Part shown: positions 50,173 to 63,119 of the stretch, piece by piece
How the letters are laid out: each line of letters begins with the position of its first letter
How positions within the stretch are numbered: position 1 is the stretch's first letter
Assembly (NCBI GenBank): GCA_964016885.1
Contig: OZ024740.1
Coordinates: 140,864,001 to 140,928,000 of the forward strand
Direction of reading: 5' to 3'
DNA length: 64,000 nt
Source: Eledone cirrhosa
Taxonomy: Eukaryota
Position numbers and translations under genes: made by a program
The notes under the pieces: model-generated
The model's database searches: none
What the model was told of the DNA's origin: nothing
Seen by the model: only the letters and a program-made list of their open reading frames with translations

Positions 50173-50190
50173 AGTGTGTGTTTAAATATA

Positions 50191-50900
50191 TCATCATCAT
50201 CATTTTTACATCCGTTTTTCCATGCTTGCATTGATTAGAGAGGTCCTTTTCAGCACTCAATCTCTCCTCTCAGCATGATCCTTCTTTGTCATTGTCGGTT
50301 TCAACAATTTGAGATCAGCTCTCACCAATTCTGCCCAGGATTTTCTCTACTGCAACTTCTTTCCACTGTGATTTATCGGCATTTCTTCACCCAACATCAC
50401 TTGTCCATGGCAACACAGTCTTCTCTCTTGCACACTTCTTATTCATCTTATACCCAGTTTTTATCACAGTTCATCCAAGCTCTGTCATTCTCTTACATTA
50501 ACATTGCACATCCATTGAATCATGCTTGCTTCATTTCTCTCCAGCCTTCGCATATCCTCTGCAGTCACTGCTCATGTTTCAGAGTCATGCAGAATTGCAC
50601 TTTGCACACAGACAACAAACAGCTGTCCTTTCATTCGAAGAGAGAAAACTTTTGTTGTTAATAGTAGTAGTTTCATAAATTTCTTCCATCCTGTCCTTAT
50701 TCAAAATACTATGCTCTTGGAGCACCCTCTTCCACTGCTAATTATATCACCTAGATAGCAGAAACTATCAACCACTTCTATGGATCCTTCCTGGAAAAGA
50801 TTTATATCATTGGCACTGCTACTATCAATTGACCATGAACATGTACATACAAAGTCTTCTTTTCCTGTTGTCTACCTGCCTATCCCATTATATCTCATGA
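50191..50900 (-). mobile_element. RTE LINE 3' fragment with (ATG)n tail
   Basis: Tail TCATCATCATTTTTACATCCGTTTTTCCATGCTTG. Minus translation includes EVVDSFCYLGDIISSGRGCSKSIVF*IRTGWKKF and MIQWMCNVNV. Confidence 0.85.
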
Positions 50901-52604
50901 GTATACAAGATTTACAAGTCAAATTTGAATTTGAAATTCTAATGTAGCTAAGCACTTATATTATTATTTTCCATTCTTTTTATATTTTTTTCTCAGTCAA
51001 CCATCAATTGATAATAAATTTTACTTTCTCGTTGACTTTGCAACCTTCTTGATCTGTCACTATCGTATTTTCTTTGTCTTTCTTACATGGCACAGTCTCT
51101 TTTCTCTCTCTAAGAAACGTTATCTCTGCTCCACTACTTCCTATATCTATGCACACTTCACCTCACTTCATCCTCCCTGATCTGTCACCATATCCCAAAC
51201 ACCAATCTGACCTCCACCACCTTCTGCTTCACCACAAATGCCTTCCTGCCTGTCACCCCCACCACCTTTTGGTGCAGACTGTAACTAAGCTATGAAGGAC
51301 TGATGAGGGATCCTTATGTTGCATGAGTGGCAGCCATGACCATCTGGTGTAGATGAGAGTTTAAGAGAGCAGTTATTCCTAAATAAAATAAGACTGCCTG
51401 AGGCAGATGTAGACTCCATAAATTGTAGTGAAGGCAGCCCATCTAGGAAGGCAGAGGCTGATTAAAAATGACTGCACATGGCAGACGTGGACCTTGCAGG
51501 CTATGGTGAAGGCAACCTGTCTAAGATGGCAGGTGCTCTGAATAAAAACTGATACAGGGTGGTGAGGACCCTTGAATCCAGTAAGGCAACTACTCTAGTG
51601 CTGGTGGTATGAATAAATTCACCCAGTCCATGCTGTAGAGGGGTCGGTGATAGGAAAGGCATCCAGCCAGAAAATCCCCGCCAAAATTATGAAAAGCACA
51701 CTTCATACATATATATAAACAAATTACATTATAGTGTATGAGGGTCGTGGGGGAAGAGTCCTCAAACACTCCTTCCAGTGGGTCTTGTCAGAAGCAGCTG
51801 TCTCCAACTGATCTGGCTAGATTCACAAGTGAGACCAGCCAAGCTCATGGATGTTATCCAACCATCTTGCTCAGGGGTTTTCTGCCAGTTGGTTTTGCCC
51901 ATATATATATATATACATATGTATATGTGTATGTTTGCTTAGTGGTTCACCAAAGAGAGATTGATAAAATAATTACTGGTGTTGATATGATCAACTAAAT
52001 CCTTTCAAAATGATTCCCCAGTATAGCTGCAGTGTAATGAGTGAAAGAATATCAGAATAAATACAATCAAATCCCTCCTTTCCCCAAATTATTTTTTATT
52101 CATTCCTTCATTTATCCATACCATTTCATTTGCCAAAAAACATTTGTTTTCTAATTTTTCCCTTTTTCCTTTTTTTAAAATTTCACGAGGAGAAAGGAAA
52201 CAAATTTTATTGGGAAAAAAAATCCCCCAAAAAACTATGATATAAGAAAATTTGGCAATTATACAGGTGCCCCGTTGTTTTGGATACAGCATGAAATTAA
52301 ATGGCTTTTGATGCAGTAAATAAAATATTTATTATGTTCAAGTAGAGGATTGTTGATTTTGCTTTAGTTCTCGTTTGCTTTGAAGTTGAAAAAACAATGT
52401 GGTTATGAATTATTGTTGTTGTCTTTTAATAATAATGATAATAATTTCTTTTATTGGCCACAAGGGCTCAAGACATAAGAAACTAGATTCACACAGAAAA
52501 CATTATGGACAATATAAAAGAGAAATACAGTGGAACATTTATGTTGAGTAAATGGGTTGTTTCTGCAGTAACAGTAAGGAGACATACATAATGAATTCTA
52601 ATAA

Positions 52605-52815
52605 AGTTTTCTAATTTAGGCACAAAGCCAGTAATTGGGGTGGATAAGTCAATTAAATTGACACCAGGACTTGACTGGCATTTTATTTTATTGACCTTGA
52701 AAAGATTAAAAGTAAAGTTGATCTTGGTGGGATTTGAGCTCAGAAAGTAAAGAGCGAAAACCAAATCTTTTGAAGCATTATATTTAGTGCTTCAATGATT
52801 CTGCCAATCTACCAC
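52605..52815 (-). mobile_element. CORE-type SINE
   Basis: TTTCTAATTTAGGCACAAAGCCAG...GGATTTGAGCTCAGAA...GATTCTGCCAAT. Confidence 0.7.
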
Positions 52816-53399
52816 CCTAATAATTTCTAATAGAACTAACAGTATAAAACAGAGGAAGAAACATGAAAAGGATTCTCCAAAATTATGGAGAGATCATATA
52901 GAGGGATATGGGTGCACCCCAGACATAACCTTAGATTATCCTGATTTGCCAAAGATAGAACCTTCTCTCAGTTCTTGCTGCTAGTTCACAGTTACATAGT
53001 TAATGAGAGCCCATTTAACCATGCCATTTTTTGCTACTCTCATCCACCTTTCATAAAATGTACTTGAAGGCAGCCCCTCTCCTCCTCTCTATATTTATCT
53101 TTCTCCTCAAGTGGTATTTGAAGAAAGTGATGATAGCTTGTCCTGATAAGAAAATGTTAATTATAATAGTTTCTACATTTGGTTACAAGGTCAGCAATTT
53201 GAAGAGAAGGAGTCGATTAAATCGACGCCAGTGTATTAGTGGTACTTTATTTCTTCAATCCTATAAAGATGAAAGGCAAAGGTAATCTCAATGGGATTTG
53301 AACTCAGAATGTGAGTAAATAGTGAAAGGAGACAGCAAAATAGATGAGGCAAAGTAGATTCAAAAAGTAAAAGTCAAGGCTTTGACATTTTAGTGATGG

Positions 53400-53597
53400 T
53401 TTTGAATTTAGACATAAGGCCAGCAATTTGGTGGGAGGGGAAAAATCAATTAAATTAGCACCAGGACCTGACTGGTATTTTATTTTATTGACCTCAGAAA
53501 GATGAAATGTAAAGTTTATCTCAGTGAGATTTGAATTCAGAACATAAATACTGTAAAGCATTTTATCCGACACTAATGATTCTGCCAATTCACCACA
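53400..53597 (-). mobile_element. CORE-type SINE
   Basis: AAGGCCAGCAATTT...CTGGTATTTTATTTTATTGACC...ATTTGAATTCAGAAC...GATTCTGCCAATTCACC. Confidence 0.75.
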
Positions 53598-53669
53598 CTT
53601 TTATAGATGTAATAATACAAAATTGAGGTATATCAAGAAATGCTTTTATTATATAAGCAAATAAAAAAG

Positions 53670-53890
53670 AGTAGTGGATTAGCCAAATTGCTAGAGCATT
53701 GGAAAAATGCCATGTGATATTTATCCCAGCTTTTTACGTTTTGTGTTCAAATCTTGCCAAGGTCAATTTTGCCTTTCATCCTTTCAGGATCAATAAAGTA
53801 CTAGTCCAATATTTGGGTCGATGTAATCGACTTTCCCTTTCCCCTTCCTCTAAATTTGCTGACCTTGCATGTAAATTAGAAGCCATAATA
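53670..53890 (+). mobile_element. CORE-type SINE
   Basis: GTTCAAATCTTGCCAAGGTCAATTTTGCCTTTCATCCTTTCAGGATCAATAAAGTAC...GGGTCGATGTAATCGAC...AAATTAGAAGCC. Confidence 0.78.
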
Positions 53891-55359
53891 TAATAAATAA
53901 AAACCAGTCTACAGAAAGTGGTGGTGATAGTAGTGGTGATCTGTGTCGGCAATAATTATACAGTGAAGTGTTTGGATGAGTTTGTATGCTGTAGTGGGGA
54001 AAAGAATTTGGCATTTTGAGGCTGCCCCTACACTCGAGAAAAAGATGAGGTGAGAGAGAGTGTTGAAAAATTGTTTTCTCTCTCTCTCAGATGAAAACAT
54101 TAGATTCCTCTTCTTAAGGCATCAGGTCTATTATTTCTGTTTAAAGCAGAGTATGATATATTATGACGATATTTCAATTTGTATTTGTGAGTGTTCATGA
54201 TCGTTTTTTGGCTGATTACTTCCTGTGAAAGGTCAGCCTGTTGGAAAAGTAGTATACTATCTGTGTGGCCATAATTTGTAGCAAAAACATCACTATTTTT
54301 CTGGTGACAGGATGCAGGATTTGAACTCAGAATGCTGAACAAGGCTCATCTCATCTGACTCTTTAATGATTCTGCCAATCCATTTCCCTTGAACTGGTAT
54401 TTGAGATATAGCCCTAGGCCAGAAAAATGTAGGTCACCCAAAGCTGGTAATAGGCCCATGCCAGATGTGAACTGTGGATTCCATTTCAAACTGCTCATTA
54501 ACTATTTTAGTAATAAGTGCTAAATATGAATGACTCATGTATAGGTTACAGATATGTACATGTATACATAGTGTACATGATGTAATTACAAATAGCAAAA
54601 CAATAAAAGATCTGAAACTCAAAGAGAATAGGTTCGCTTCAGAATTGTAGGCCCTCACCCTTTCTTATCTGCATAGCTTACAAATTGATCCGAAATCATA
54701 AACTTTTATCATATAGCGATCCAGTTTGTAACGGTATGGTAAAATGGATATTAAAATGTTGATAAAGATAAGACAAAGATAATGGTGGTGATGATAGTGA
54801 TGATGATAATAATGTTGTTGATGATAAAGATAAAACTAGGATAATGTTGTTGATGAATACTATGACATTGATGATAAATATGCTAGGGATGAAGAAAAAA
54901 TGAATAGGATGATAATATTGAGAGAGTGGGTGTAGAATATAGCATGAGTAAAGGTGAATAGGATGACAATGATGATGATGATGAAAAGAGACAGAAGATG
55001 GTAGTAATGAAGATGTTAGCAGAAATGTGGTGATGATGGTGATGATGAAGGAAAGAGACAGGAGGTGGTAGTGATGAATATGTTAGCCATATGATGATGA
55101 TGATGTTATTGTTGAAAGAGAAGGATAAAAGATACAATCATTTTGATTCCATTAATCTTCACATTGTGTTTTTATATTTTTATTTTTAGTGTGTGTGAGC
55201 TCGAGAGGGGAGTGTATGGGAGAGTGGAGGGTGGTGTGAGTGTTTTGATAATTTTGGTTTTATTTTCTCATTTGTGTATTTATATAATTTTTTCCTTTTT
55301 TCAATTTTCATTTCCCTCTCCCAGTAAATCTGATGCATGAAATTTTGAAGAAGAAATAT

Positions 55360-55690
55360 AAAAACAACATACAAAACAACAACACAGAACACACACATAC
55401 CACCCAACAACAACAACTGTAAAATCTAAACAACAACAATGCACAACAAACAATACAGAACACACAAACACAAATACACATATATACACAAACACACAAC
55501 AACACAACAAACAACACAAACGACATATACTACAACATATACACACAACATATACAACAACATATACAACAACACTGAACACACACAGCACAGCACATAC
55601 AATAAACACAGAACACATACATACATAGCAACACAAATCATGTATACACAACTGTAAACTCAAAATAACAATGCATACAACAAAAAAAAA
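55360..55690. repeat. A/C-rich low-complexity tract (CA/AAC/ACAT)
   Basis: Direct reading. Confidence 0.85.
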
Positions 55691-55957
55691 CTATAAAATA
55701 AACTAAAAACAGACCTACAACTGCTAACTCCTTACTTTTAAGTTGGAAATAATCTATTCAGTACAATACATAACTCTAATGTTGTTATGTGAGGATGGTG
55801 ATGATGATGATAATAATAGTTTCTGATTTAGGCACAAGGCCAAATATGCGTTACTGGTACTTTATTTTATCGACCCTGTAAAGATGAAAAGCAAAGCTCA
55901 CCTAGGTGGGATTTGAACTCAGAACGTTGGCAATAACAACAACAATAGTATCATTGA

Positions 55958-56430
55958 GTTGGGATTTACAAACACTGGAAGTTATGCCAACATTACGAAA
56001 TACCAATAGAAAAAATGTGGTACAAACATACACCAGAAAATGTGTTAGGGAATGAAAAAGCAACCATATTCTGGTAAAGCCATACACACAGACAGGGAGA
56101 TCAAAGAAAAAAATGTCTTCTAATTGATATATCTATTCCCACAGATGACAATATACCTATCAAGAAAATTAAAAAATTATCCAACTATAAAGATCTGGAG
56201 ACAAAAATAACCCAAATGTGGATGATAAAATCAGAAACAATCCCTATAATAATAATAGGTGGTCTGGGAATCTTAGAAAAATTAGGTACTGCACACTTAT
56301 TATGAAGAATAGTCTTAATACAATAAAAATAACATCAAATAGAACAGTTCTCATACCCAAGGTACTCAGAGCTCTGCTTGGTAATGCAATGACGACATGA
56401 AAAAAAATATAAGACTAATATTGATAATAA
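55958..56430 (+). mobile_element. Dong/R4-clade non-LTR retrotransposon 3' fragment (restriction-like endonuclease domain)
   Basis: VGIYKHWKLCQHYEIPIEKMWYKHTPENVLGNEKATIFW* ... IHTDREIK ... CLLIDISIPTDDNIPIKKIKKLSNYKDLE ... IPIIIIGGLG ... GTAHLL, typical of the R4/Dong C-terminus; followed by a TAA-rich tail. Confidence 0.85.
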
Positions 56431-57049
56431 TGATATTGATTCTTTATATTTGTTATAAGGTCATTGAATGGGGAGAACATTACACAAATAGGTTATATAC
56501 AGAGAGGAGGGGCTTACATAAAAATCAGATGAGAAAATAAAAAGGGTCAGGATGGTTCTTCAGTGGTGTCAGAGACATGACAACCTCCTTCTTTCCCTCT
56601 GTAAAAAGGTTGGTGATAGGAAGGAGATTCAGCTGTAGAAAACCTACCAAACAAAGGGTTGGGAGGACTCTTCAGCTGTGTCAATAGACAACTTCTCTAT
56701 TACTAGTGCTACAATAAAAAGCACTTGGTAGAGTGCATTAATATATGCAAGTGAGATGTGGGGTCCTGTACGGTTTGAGAGGTCAGTAGCTCTGCTTGAG
56801 TTTTGGCATGTTCTATGATGAGCTGACAACCCTTACTAGCAGGAAAATGGATGTTAAATGATGAGGATGATGATTACATAATATACATGAGGATGATGAT
56901 AGAGGAAAACCTTAAACAGGGATGATTGAGGTACCCTACAAAACCATGATCATCCTGATCACCTCGGACAAGTGCCTTCTTCCAATTTTCTCTCTCTGAT
57001 CTAGTAAAACCTTTCACTTTTGCCATTTCTGCCACAGTCATCCACCTTA

Positions 57050-57175
57050 TATTCACCAAGGTCAGCTTTGCATTTCGACCTTCCAGAGTCGATAAAACAG
57101 AGTACTGGGGTCGATATAATCAACTTTCCCCTCCCCTAAAATTGTTGGCCTTGTGCCAAAATTAGACACCATAAT
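57050..57175 (+). mobile_element. CORE-type SINE 3' part with (TAA/TAAA)n tail
   Basis: GTCGATAAAACAGAGTACTGGGGTCGATATAATCAAC...GGCCTTGTGCCAAAATTAGACACC. Confidence 0.7.
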
Positions 57176-57529
57176 TATTATTATCATTATTAATAAATAA
57201 ATAAATAAATAAATAAAAACAACAAACAGTAATAAATAAATAAATAAATGATAAAAACAATTATTATTATCATTATTATGATGATGAGTCTACATTCTAA
57301 CTTTGGCTGTAGTTTGTTGTGTGAGAGATTTTGGTAAATTTTGTTGTATTCTTGGATGGGTTGTTGTTACTAATGTTATTGTTATTACTATTAATATTAT
57401 TATTGTTGTAGTTGTTTCTACTATTATTGTTGTTGTTGCTGCTGTTGTTATTATTTATCAAAGATGGGATTGAAGTGTTTGTTATTCAATATTGATTTTC
57501 TGTAATTTATATCATTATTTTCTTGTTAA

Positions 57530-57990
57530 ATGTTAGTAGTGATGAGGGTAGTAATGATGGTGGTGGCAGTGATGTTGGAAATGGTGCTGGTGATCGTGGT
57601 TGCCCTGATGGCGGGAATGGTAGATACAATGATGGCAAAGGATAGGAAGGCAGTAGTAGTTACATGATGGTTATAGTGGTGGAAGTAGTGATGGCATTGG
57701 CTGTGGTGCTAATAGTGGTGATTATGGTCATGATGGTTGTGATGATGGTGGTTATGGTGGTGTTGGTGGTTGTGGTGATGGCAACTGTAGTGTTGGCAGT
57801 GATTGTGTTGATGGTAGTTGTGATGGTGATTGTGTTGATGGTAGATGTGGTTGTGGTGGTTGTGATGATGGCAGCTGTGGTGTCAGCAGTTGTGATAAAG
57901 TGGTTGTGGTGGTGGTTGTGATGATGGTGGTTGTGGTGATGGCTGTGGTGATGGTGTTGGTGATTGTGGTTGTAGTAGTGATGGTATGAT
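57530..57990. repeat. (GTG/GAT)n trinucleotide low-complexity tract
   Basis: Direct reading; explains the poly-V/M ORF. Confidence 0.88.
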
Positions 57991-58274
57991 GTGATCAGGT
58001 TAGGTTGAACACAATGTTAGCAGATTCTGCTTTACAAAGTGAGATATATAAATATACAAGTATTTGATCTTCACTAAGCAGATGTTTTAATTTAAACCTA
58101 CACCACTATTGCCTCACCCTCACCCCATACACACACACACACACACACCATACCAAACATAGATTGGAAATACACATGGTAAAACTCCTCATGAATAACA
58201 ACAACAACAACAATGATAATAACTGAGGTCATATGACTTTATGTCAAACACCTAGAATGTACCCAGTTAAGATA

Positions 58275-58458
58275 TAAGAAGAAGAGAGAGAGAACAAGAT
58301 AGAGAGAGAGAGAGAGAACAAGATAGAGGGAGAGAGAGAGAGAAGGGAGAGGAAGAGGAGGGAGAGGGAGAGGAGGGGAGATGATGAGAGAAGGACGGGG
58401 AGAGAGGGAGAGGAAGGGAGAGGAAGAGAGGAGAGAGAGAGAGGGAGAGGAAAGGAGA

Positions 58459-58500
<42 letters not shown>
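58275..58500. repeat. Polypurine (GA)n tract
   Basis: Direct reading. Confidence 0.9.
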
Positions 58501-58502
<2 letters not shown>

Positions 58503-59401
58503 AATTGATGCATATTTAATTTAAAATCCTTAACTGAAGGCAAACCTTTTTGGTTTCCTCTTTATCTTTAAAGTGTATACACACACACACAACAATAAAT
58601 AAATAACTATATAATATATGTACGTACATACACTATATGTATGCATGCATTTGTGTATATGTATGTTTATTGATATGTATGTATAATCCTGAAGCATTTA
58701 ATCTTTATAAGGATTGGTTTAAAACCTAACAAAACTCAATACACTTCCACCACAAATATGTATTGAACACATTTTATTTTTACTAATATATGTCCAATTG
58801 TATATAGTTGTGTGTATTTGTATATATATGGATCTGTATACGTCATCATTGTCATTTAATGTCCATTTTCTGTACTAGCAATGGTTGGAAAGGTCATCAC
58901 AACCCATCAAGTACTCAATCAGAGCTCTACAGAGTGCACCATTCAATTTATCATAACACCAGCATGAAGAAAGTTGACATGTTTTTGGCACAACTAAAGA
59001 GTCCTATCAACTCTTTCTTTGGCAAGTTTTCTATGGTTGAATGCCCTTCATATCACCAACCAGTTTACAGAGTGTACTGGATGCATTTTATGGTGTCAAT
59101 AACACTAGAGAGGTTCTCATACTCTTGACACAACTGACATGGTTTCAAGTGTTGGATGTCTTTCCTATCACCAACCACTTTACAGAGTATACTGAGTGCA
59201 TGTTTGTGGTGCCAGCACTAGAGAGGCAACCCTGAAGCTGTCAACTAGTTCTAGTTAGCCATCTGAGTATTTGATAGAGCTTGTGTCATGTGCACTTTTT
59301 ATGCTTACCACTCCTATATATTTGCCAGATACAAAGTTTACATTCCTCGATAAGCTCCTACTATATTTCTTGTGTACTTATAGTTTACATTTTGCACTCA
59401 G

Positions 59402-59572
59402 TATGGAAAGACCAAGGAAGGCCTGGGTGGAAGTTGTGGGAGCTGATCTCAAATCATTGAATCTCACAGAAGAGATGACAAAGAATCGTGACAAGTAGAG
59501 AGATGCTGTGTTGGAAAGGACCCATCCAACCCATGCAAGCAGCGAAAAGTAGACGTAGAATGATGATGATAA
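59402..59572 (+). mobile_element. RTE LINE extreme 3' end with (ATG)n tail
   Basis: ERPRKAWVEVVGADLKSLNLTEEMTKNRDK*RDAVLE, then CCAACCCATGCAAGC..GACGTAGAATGATGATG. Confidence 0.82.
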
Positions 59573-60051
59573 TATATATATATATCTGTGTGTGTGTGTG
59601 TGTGCATGTTTTTTGGTTTTCTTTTTTCTTTATGCCTGTAGGAAGAGTTTGTATACATGATTGTTGCAGGCCCTTCTAGACTGGTGAAATTGGTGCAGTT
59701 TATGTTCAGTTTAATTAGTTGTAAGTCAATTTCTGCAGGAAAATCTTATGCAGGAGAGAATTCCAAAGGAGCAACGTTCTGGGAAGGAAGAACTGGGAAA
59801 GTGGTTAGTGTAGGGAGTGGGAAGTTGGACACAATATGGGTGATGAAAGGAGGAAAAAGGAGTAAAGTGGGAGAGCCTGTGTGGAGGTGGCATGAGATCA
59901 GCCAAATCCATGCTGTGTATACATGTATCCATGTGTGTGTATATATAAATATATTGGTGTGTGTGTGTGTGTGTGTGCATGCAAAAAGTAAATGGCAGCA
60001 ACAAAAGAAACAACACAGTACAATAAAGAAATATGTCAGTAGGAAAAGAGT

Positions 60052-60085
60052 CTTTACATTTCGGATACTAATCTTTCATCAGAAG
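60052..60085 (-). ncRNA. Minimal type I hammerhead ribozyme relic (Penelope pLTR-type)
   Basis: Minus strand reads CTT-CTGATGA-A-AGAT-TAGT-ATCC-GAAA-TG-TA-AAG: core boxes, short stem II, near-palindromic minimal stem III. Confidence 0.5.
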
Positions 60086-60906
60086 GTGGAATAAGAAATA
60101 AAAGATGAAATAGAAAGATAGTGAGTGAGATGAGGAAGGCATGGAAAAAAAATTTGAGAAAAAGCACATGTGTATTCATTCAGTCAGCCATGTTCATATG
60201 TGTGTATGTATATATGTGAATGTTTAGTTGTTTACATGTTCATAAAGCTAGCCTAGTCAATACAGATATATCAATGTGGTGTGTTTCTTCTTTATTAATT
60301 AATTGAGCTGTGGCTTTATATCTGGCAATGTGTTTATTTTAACCTTCATCATATGGAAAGTAGGTAGAGGTGTATATAATTTTCTATCACCACTATCACC
60401 TCTGTTCTCATTATTGCTGCTGCCATAACCACAACCATCACCATTATTTTCATAATTTATCAGTGTGTTTATTGTTATTGTGTACATGAATCGTCAATAC
60501 CACCACCACCACCACCTGTAGTCGTTGCCTTATCATACAGCTAAGCTCTCAACAATCCTAATCCATGACCTATATTCAGTAGTTTCTCTAACTATATCTC
60601 TTTACTTACGTCACTAATGCCCTTGAAACTATGATCATGAACATGACACAATATCATTTTGTCTCTGTTATGAATCTATGGGCCTGTACTGAACTCTTAA
60701 ATCAATAATTATTAGCAATGTAACAAAAAACTATGAACCTGTATAATAGGAGACTCAGATTATAATTTTTAAAATATTTATTTGTTACATTATATATGCT
60801 CTTCTTCATTTTACTGCTTTCAGCCATTGGGCTGTGACCATGCTGGGACAATGTCTTCAATGGTTTCCGATGATGATTATATCGATCCTAGTACTTTATC
60901 TGATAT

Positions 60907-61378
60907 TAATTTGAATCTTTTCCTTGTCATATTTCTAATGAAAATTATTGTCTATGATTTTCTGTTAATATTGAAACTAATCAAGAATTTGTAGAGATGT
61001 TGTAATATAACTAACTTTGTTATTTTTAAGTTGCTGTTTGGAATATAACTTAGAAGTTCTAACATAAAGGTACGATGCAAAATTTAAATTTAAATATAAA
61101 CAGTCGTTTGTTTTAACATTTAAACCGGCCATATCCGGCCAGAATTCTCTCGCCTCTTTCTATTCAAACTGGCTGTAACTGGCTACTCATACTGATGTTA
61201 AGGTATTGTTCTCAAAATAAATAATACCAAAATCTCATAGATTCGATATTATGAGAGGTGTTTACCATGAAAATATAATAGTAAATATAGAGTAATGTAA
61301 ATACAAAAGGGTTAAAACAAACGACTTTTTATCATAAAACCAGGGCCAATTTCAGGAGGTTTAGTATTAAAAGGTTAA
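60907..61378 (+). mobile_element. TTAA-type MITE interrupted by a second TTAA-ended element (~61113-61315)
   Basis: The host family sequence resumes after ...ATACAAAAGGGTTAA (61315) and ends AAAGGTTAA. The insert starts CATTTAAACCGGCCATATCCGGCC. Confidence 0.6.
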
Positions 61379-62139
61379 GCAACTGAACCAGATAGACTGA
61401 CAAAATAATCACGGAGTGAACAGGAATGTACTTGAGATGAACTAAACAGTACAAGTCATTAAATACCTTTTCTGATTCTACCACAATGACAATAATATTG
61501 AATTGTAGCATAGACAGAAGGCTACGTGTTTAGGGGAGGGGGACAGTCAATTAAATTGACTCTAACACATTACCATTTTTGTACAGCCACTTGAGTATTT
61601 AGGTGATAGAGTATATGTGGTAGATTTCCATTACTATATTCACAGAATTTGAAATTAGAATACAAGGAACCGGAACAGACACCACAAAGCATCATGTCTG
61701 ATGCTCTAACAATTTTGACAGTTCACTGCTCCTGAACTGGTAATTCTTTTTATTGAATGTTAGGATGAAAGGAAACATTGACCTTGGTAGGATTTTAAAT
61801 CAGAGTGTAGAGAGTGAAAGGAAATGCAGAAAAGCAATTAATTTGACCCACTAACAACTCTGCCAATGCCTTGGTTAAAGCTAATGAGATAGATATACAT
61901 TTTACTTGTTTATTGTGGCAATGTTTAAACACTAGTACTTTCTTTTTCAAACCTGGTACTTATTTTATTGATCGTTTTCTTTTTGCTAAGCTGCTAATTT
62001 ATAAGACACACACATGCACACATACATATAGAAATGACTTCTACAGGACTAGCTCTATTTCACTCATATGAAGGCATCAGGTTTACTTAGTGAAAAGGAA
62101 AACAAAAAGTGAGAGGGCTGCTAATGTTCTGTACTGTGG

Positions 62140-62925
62140 ATGCAAAGTGAGACCAAGGTTTAATAAGTAGAAAGACGATAAGACTCTGATACCACTAGCA
62201 AAATGGCCATGCCCAATATACCAAAATAAGTAAGCAAAAACTCCATATAGTGTACCCAGAGTGGATAGTGGATGCACAAGAGATGTAGTGAGATCACAGG
62301 CTGGGTGACAGAGAAAGTAGACTTCATATGGAAGAAGCCAACATTAAGGGTACTCAAAAAATACACTTTGCTAAATGTTCAGAAAGTTCAGAAGTAGTAG
62401 AAACCTTTTGCTATCTAAGGGACCTCACTAGCAATAGTGCTAGATGTACTGAAAGTGTTATAGCAGAGTGAGAACAGGGTGGAGGAAGTTCAGGGAGATG
62501 CTACATCTGCTGGCAATGAAGAACCCTAACCTCTCCCTCCAGGTGAAGAGCAGATTATATGATGTTTGTATGCAAACTGCTATGATACATGGTAGGGAGA
62601 CATGGACTTTGAGCATAGAAAATTTGCAGTGACTTAAATGGAATGGGGTATGCATGCTCCACTGGATGTGTAATGTTAACATACAACTGAACACTAGTGA
62701 ACTGAGTGAAAAGCTAAGTATGAGAGGAATTGAAGAAAAAATTGTGCTGGTATGGTCATTTGATGCAGTGAAAGCTGAATGAAAGAAGTGCTGCTTACTC
62801 AAAGTGGATGTAATTGTGGCAGAGGGAGACCAAGGAAGACATGAGATCTAGTTGTGAAGAACAACCTCAAGAAACTGAATCTCAAAGGATATGATGTAGG
62901 ATCAAGTTGACTGATGACTTGCCAT
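62140..62925 (+). mobile_element. RTE LINE ORF fragment including a Cys/His-rich insert
   Basis: KWPCPI, WMHKRCSEITG, EVVETFCYL, RVRTGWRKFREMLHLL, VKSRLYDVCMQTAMIHGRETW, MLHWMCNV, GRPRKT; many stops and frameshifts. Confidence 0.87.
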
Positions 62926-63119
62926 ACTACAAAAAAAAACCATTCACCAGTACAAACACTGCAACACTAAAAGTGAATATAGCAAGAGATTGAATACTAC
63001 ATGGAGTGAAGAAGGCCTTTACACACCAAGACAATGTTAGTGCCAAGATAAAATGCTTTCATTGCATTCTGTGATGTATTTGGTGGTCAAATAGAGACAA
63101 TAATGGGTAGAGAAGGCTC

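Noticed and set aside
51296-51330. CTGATGAG as another hammerhead core (also at ~34690)
   Set aside because: No stem II followed by GAAA, and no stem I/III pairing.
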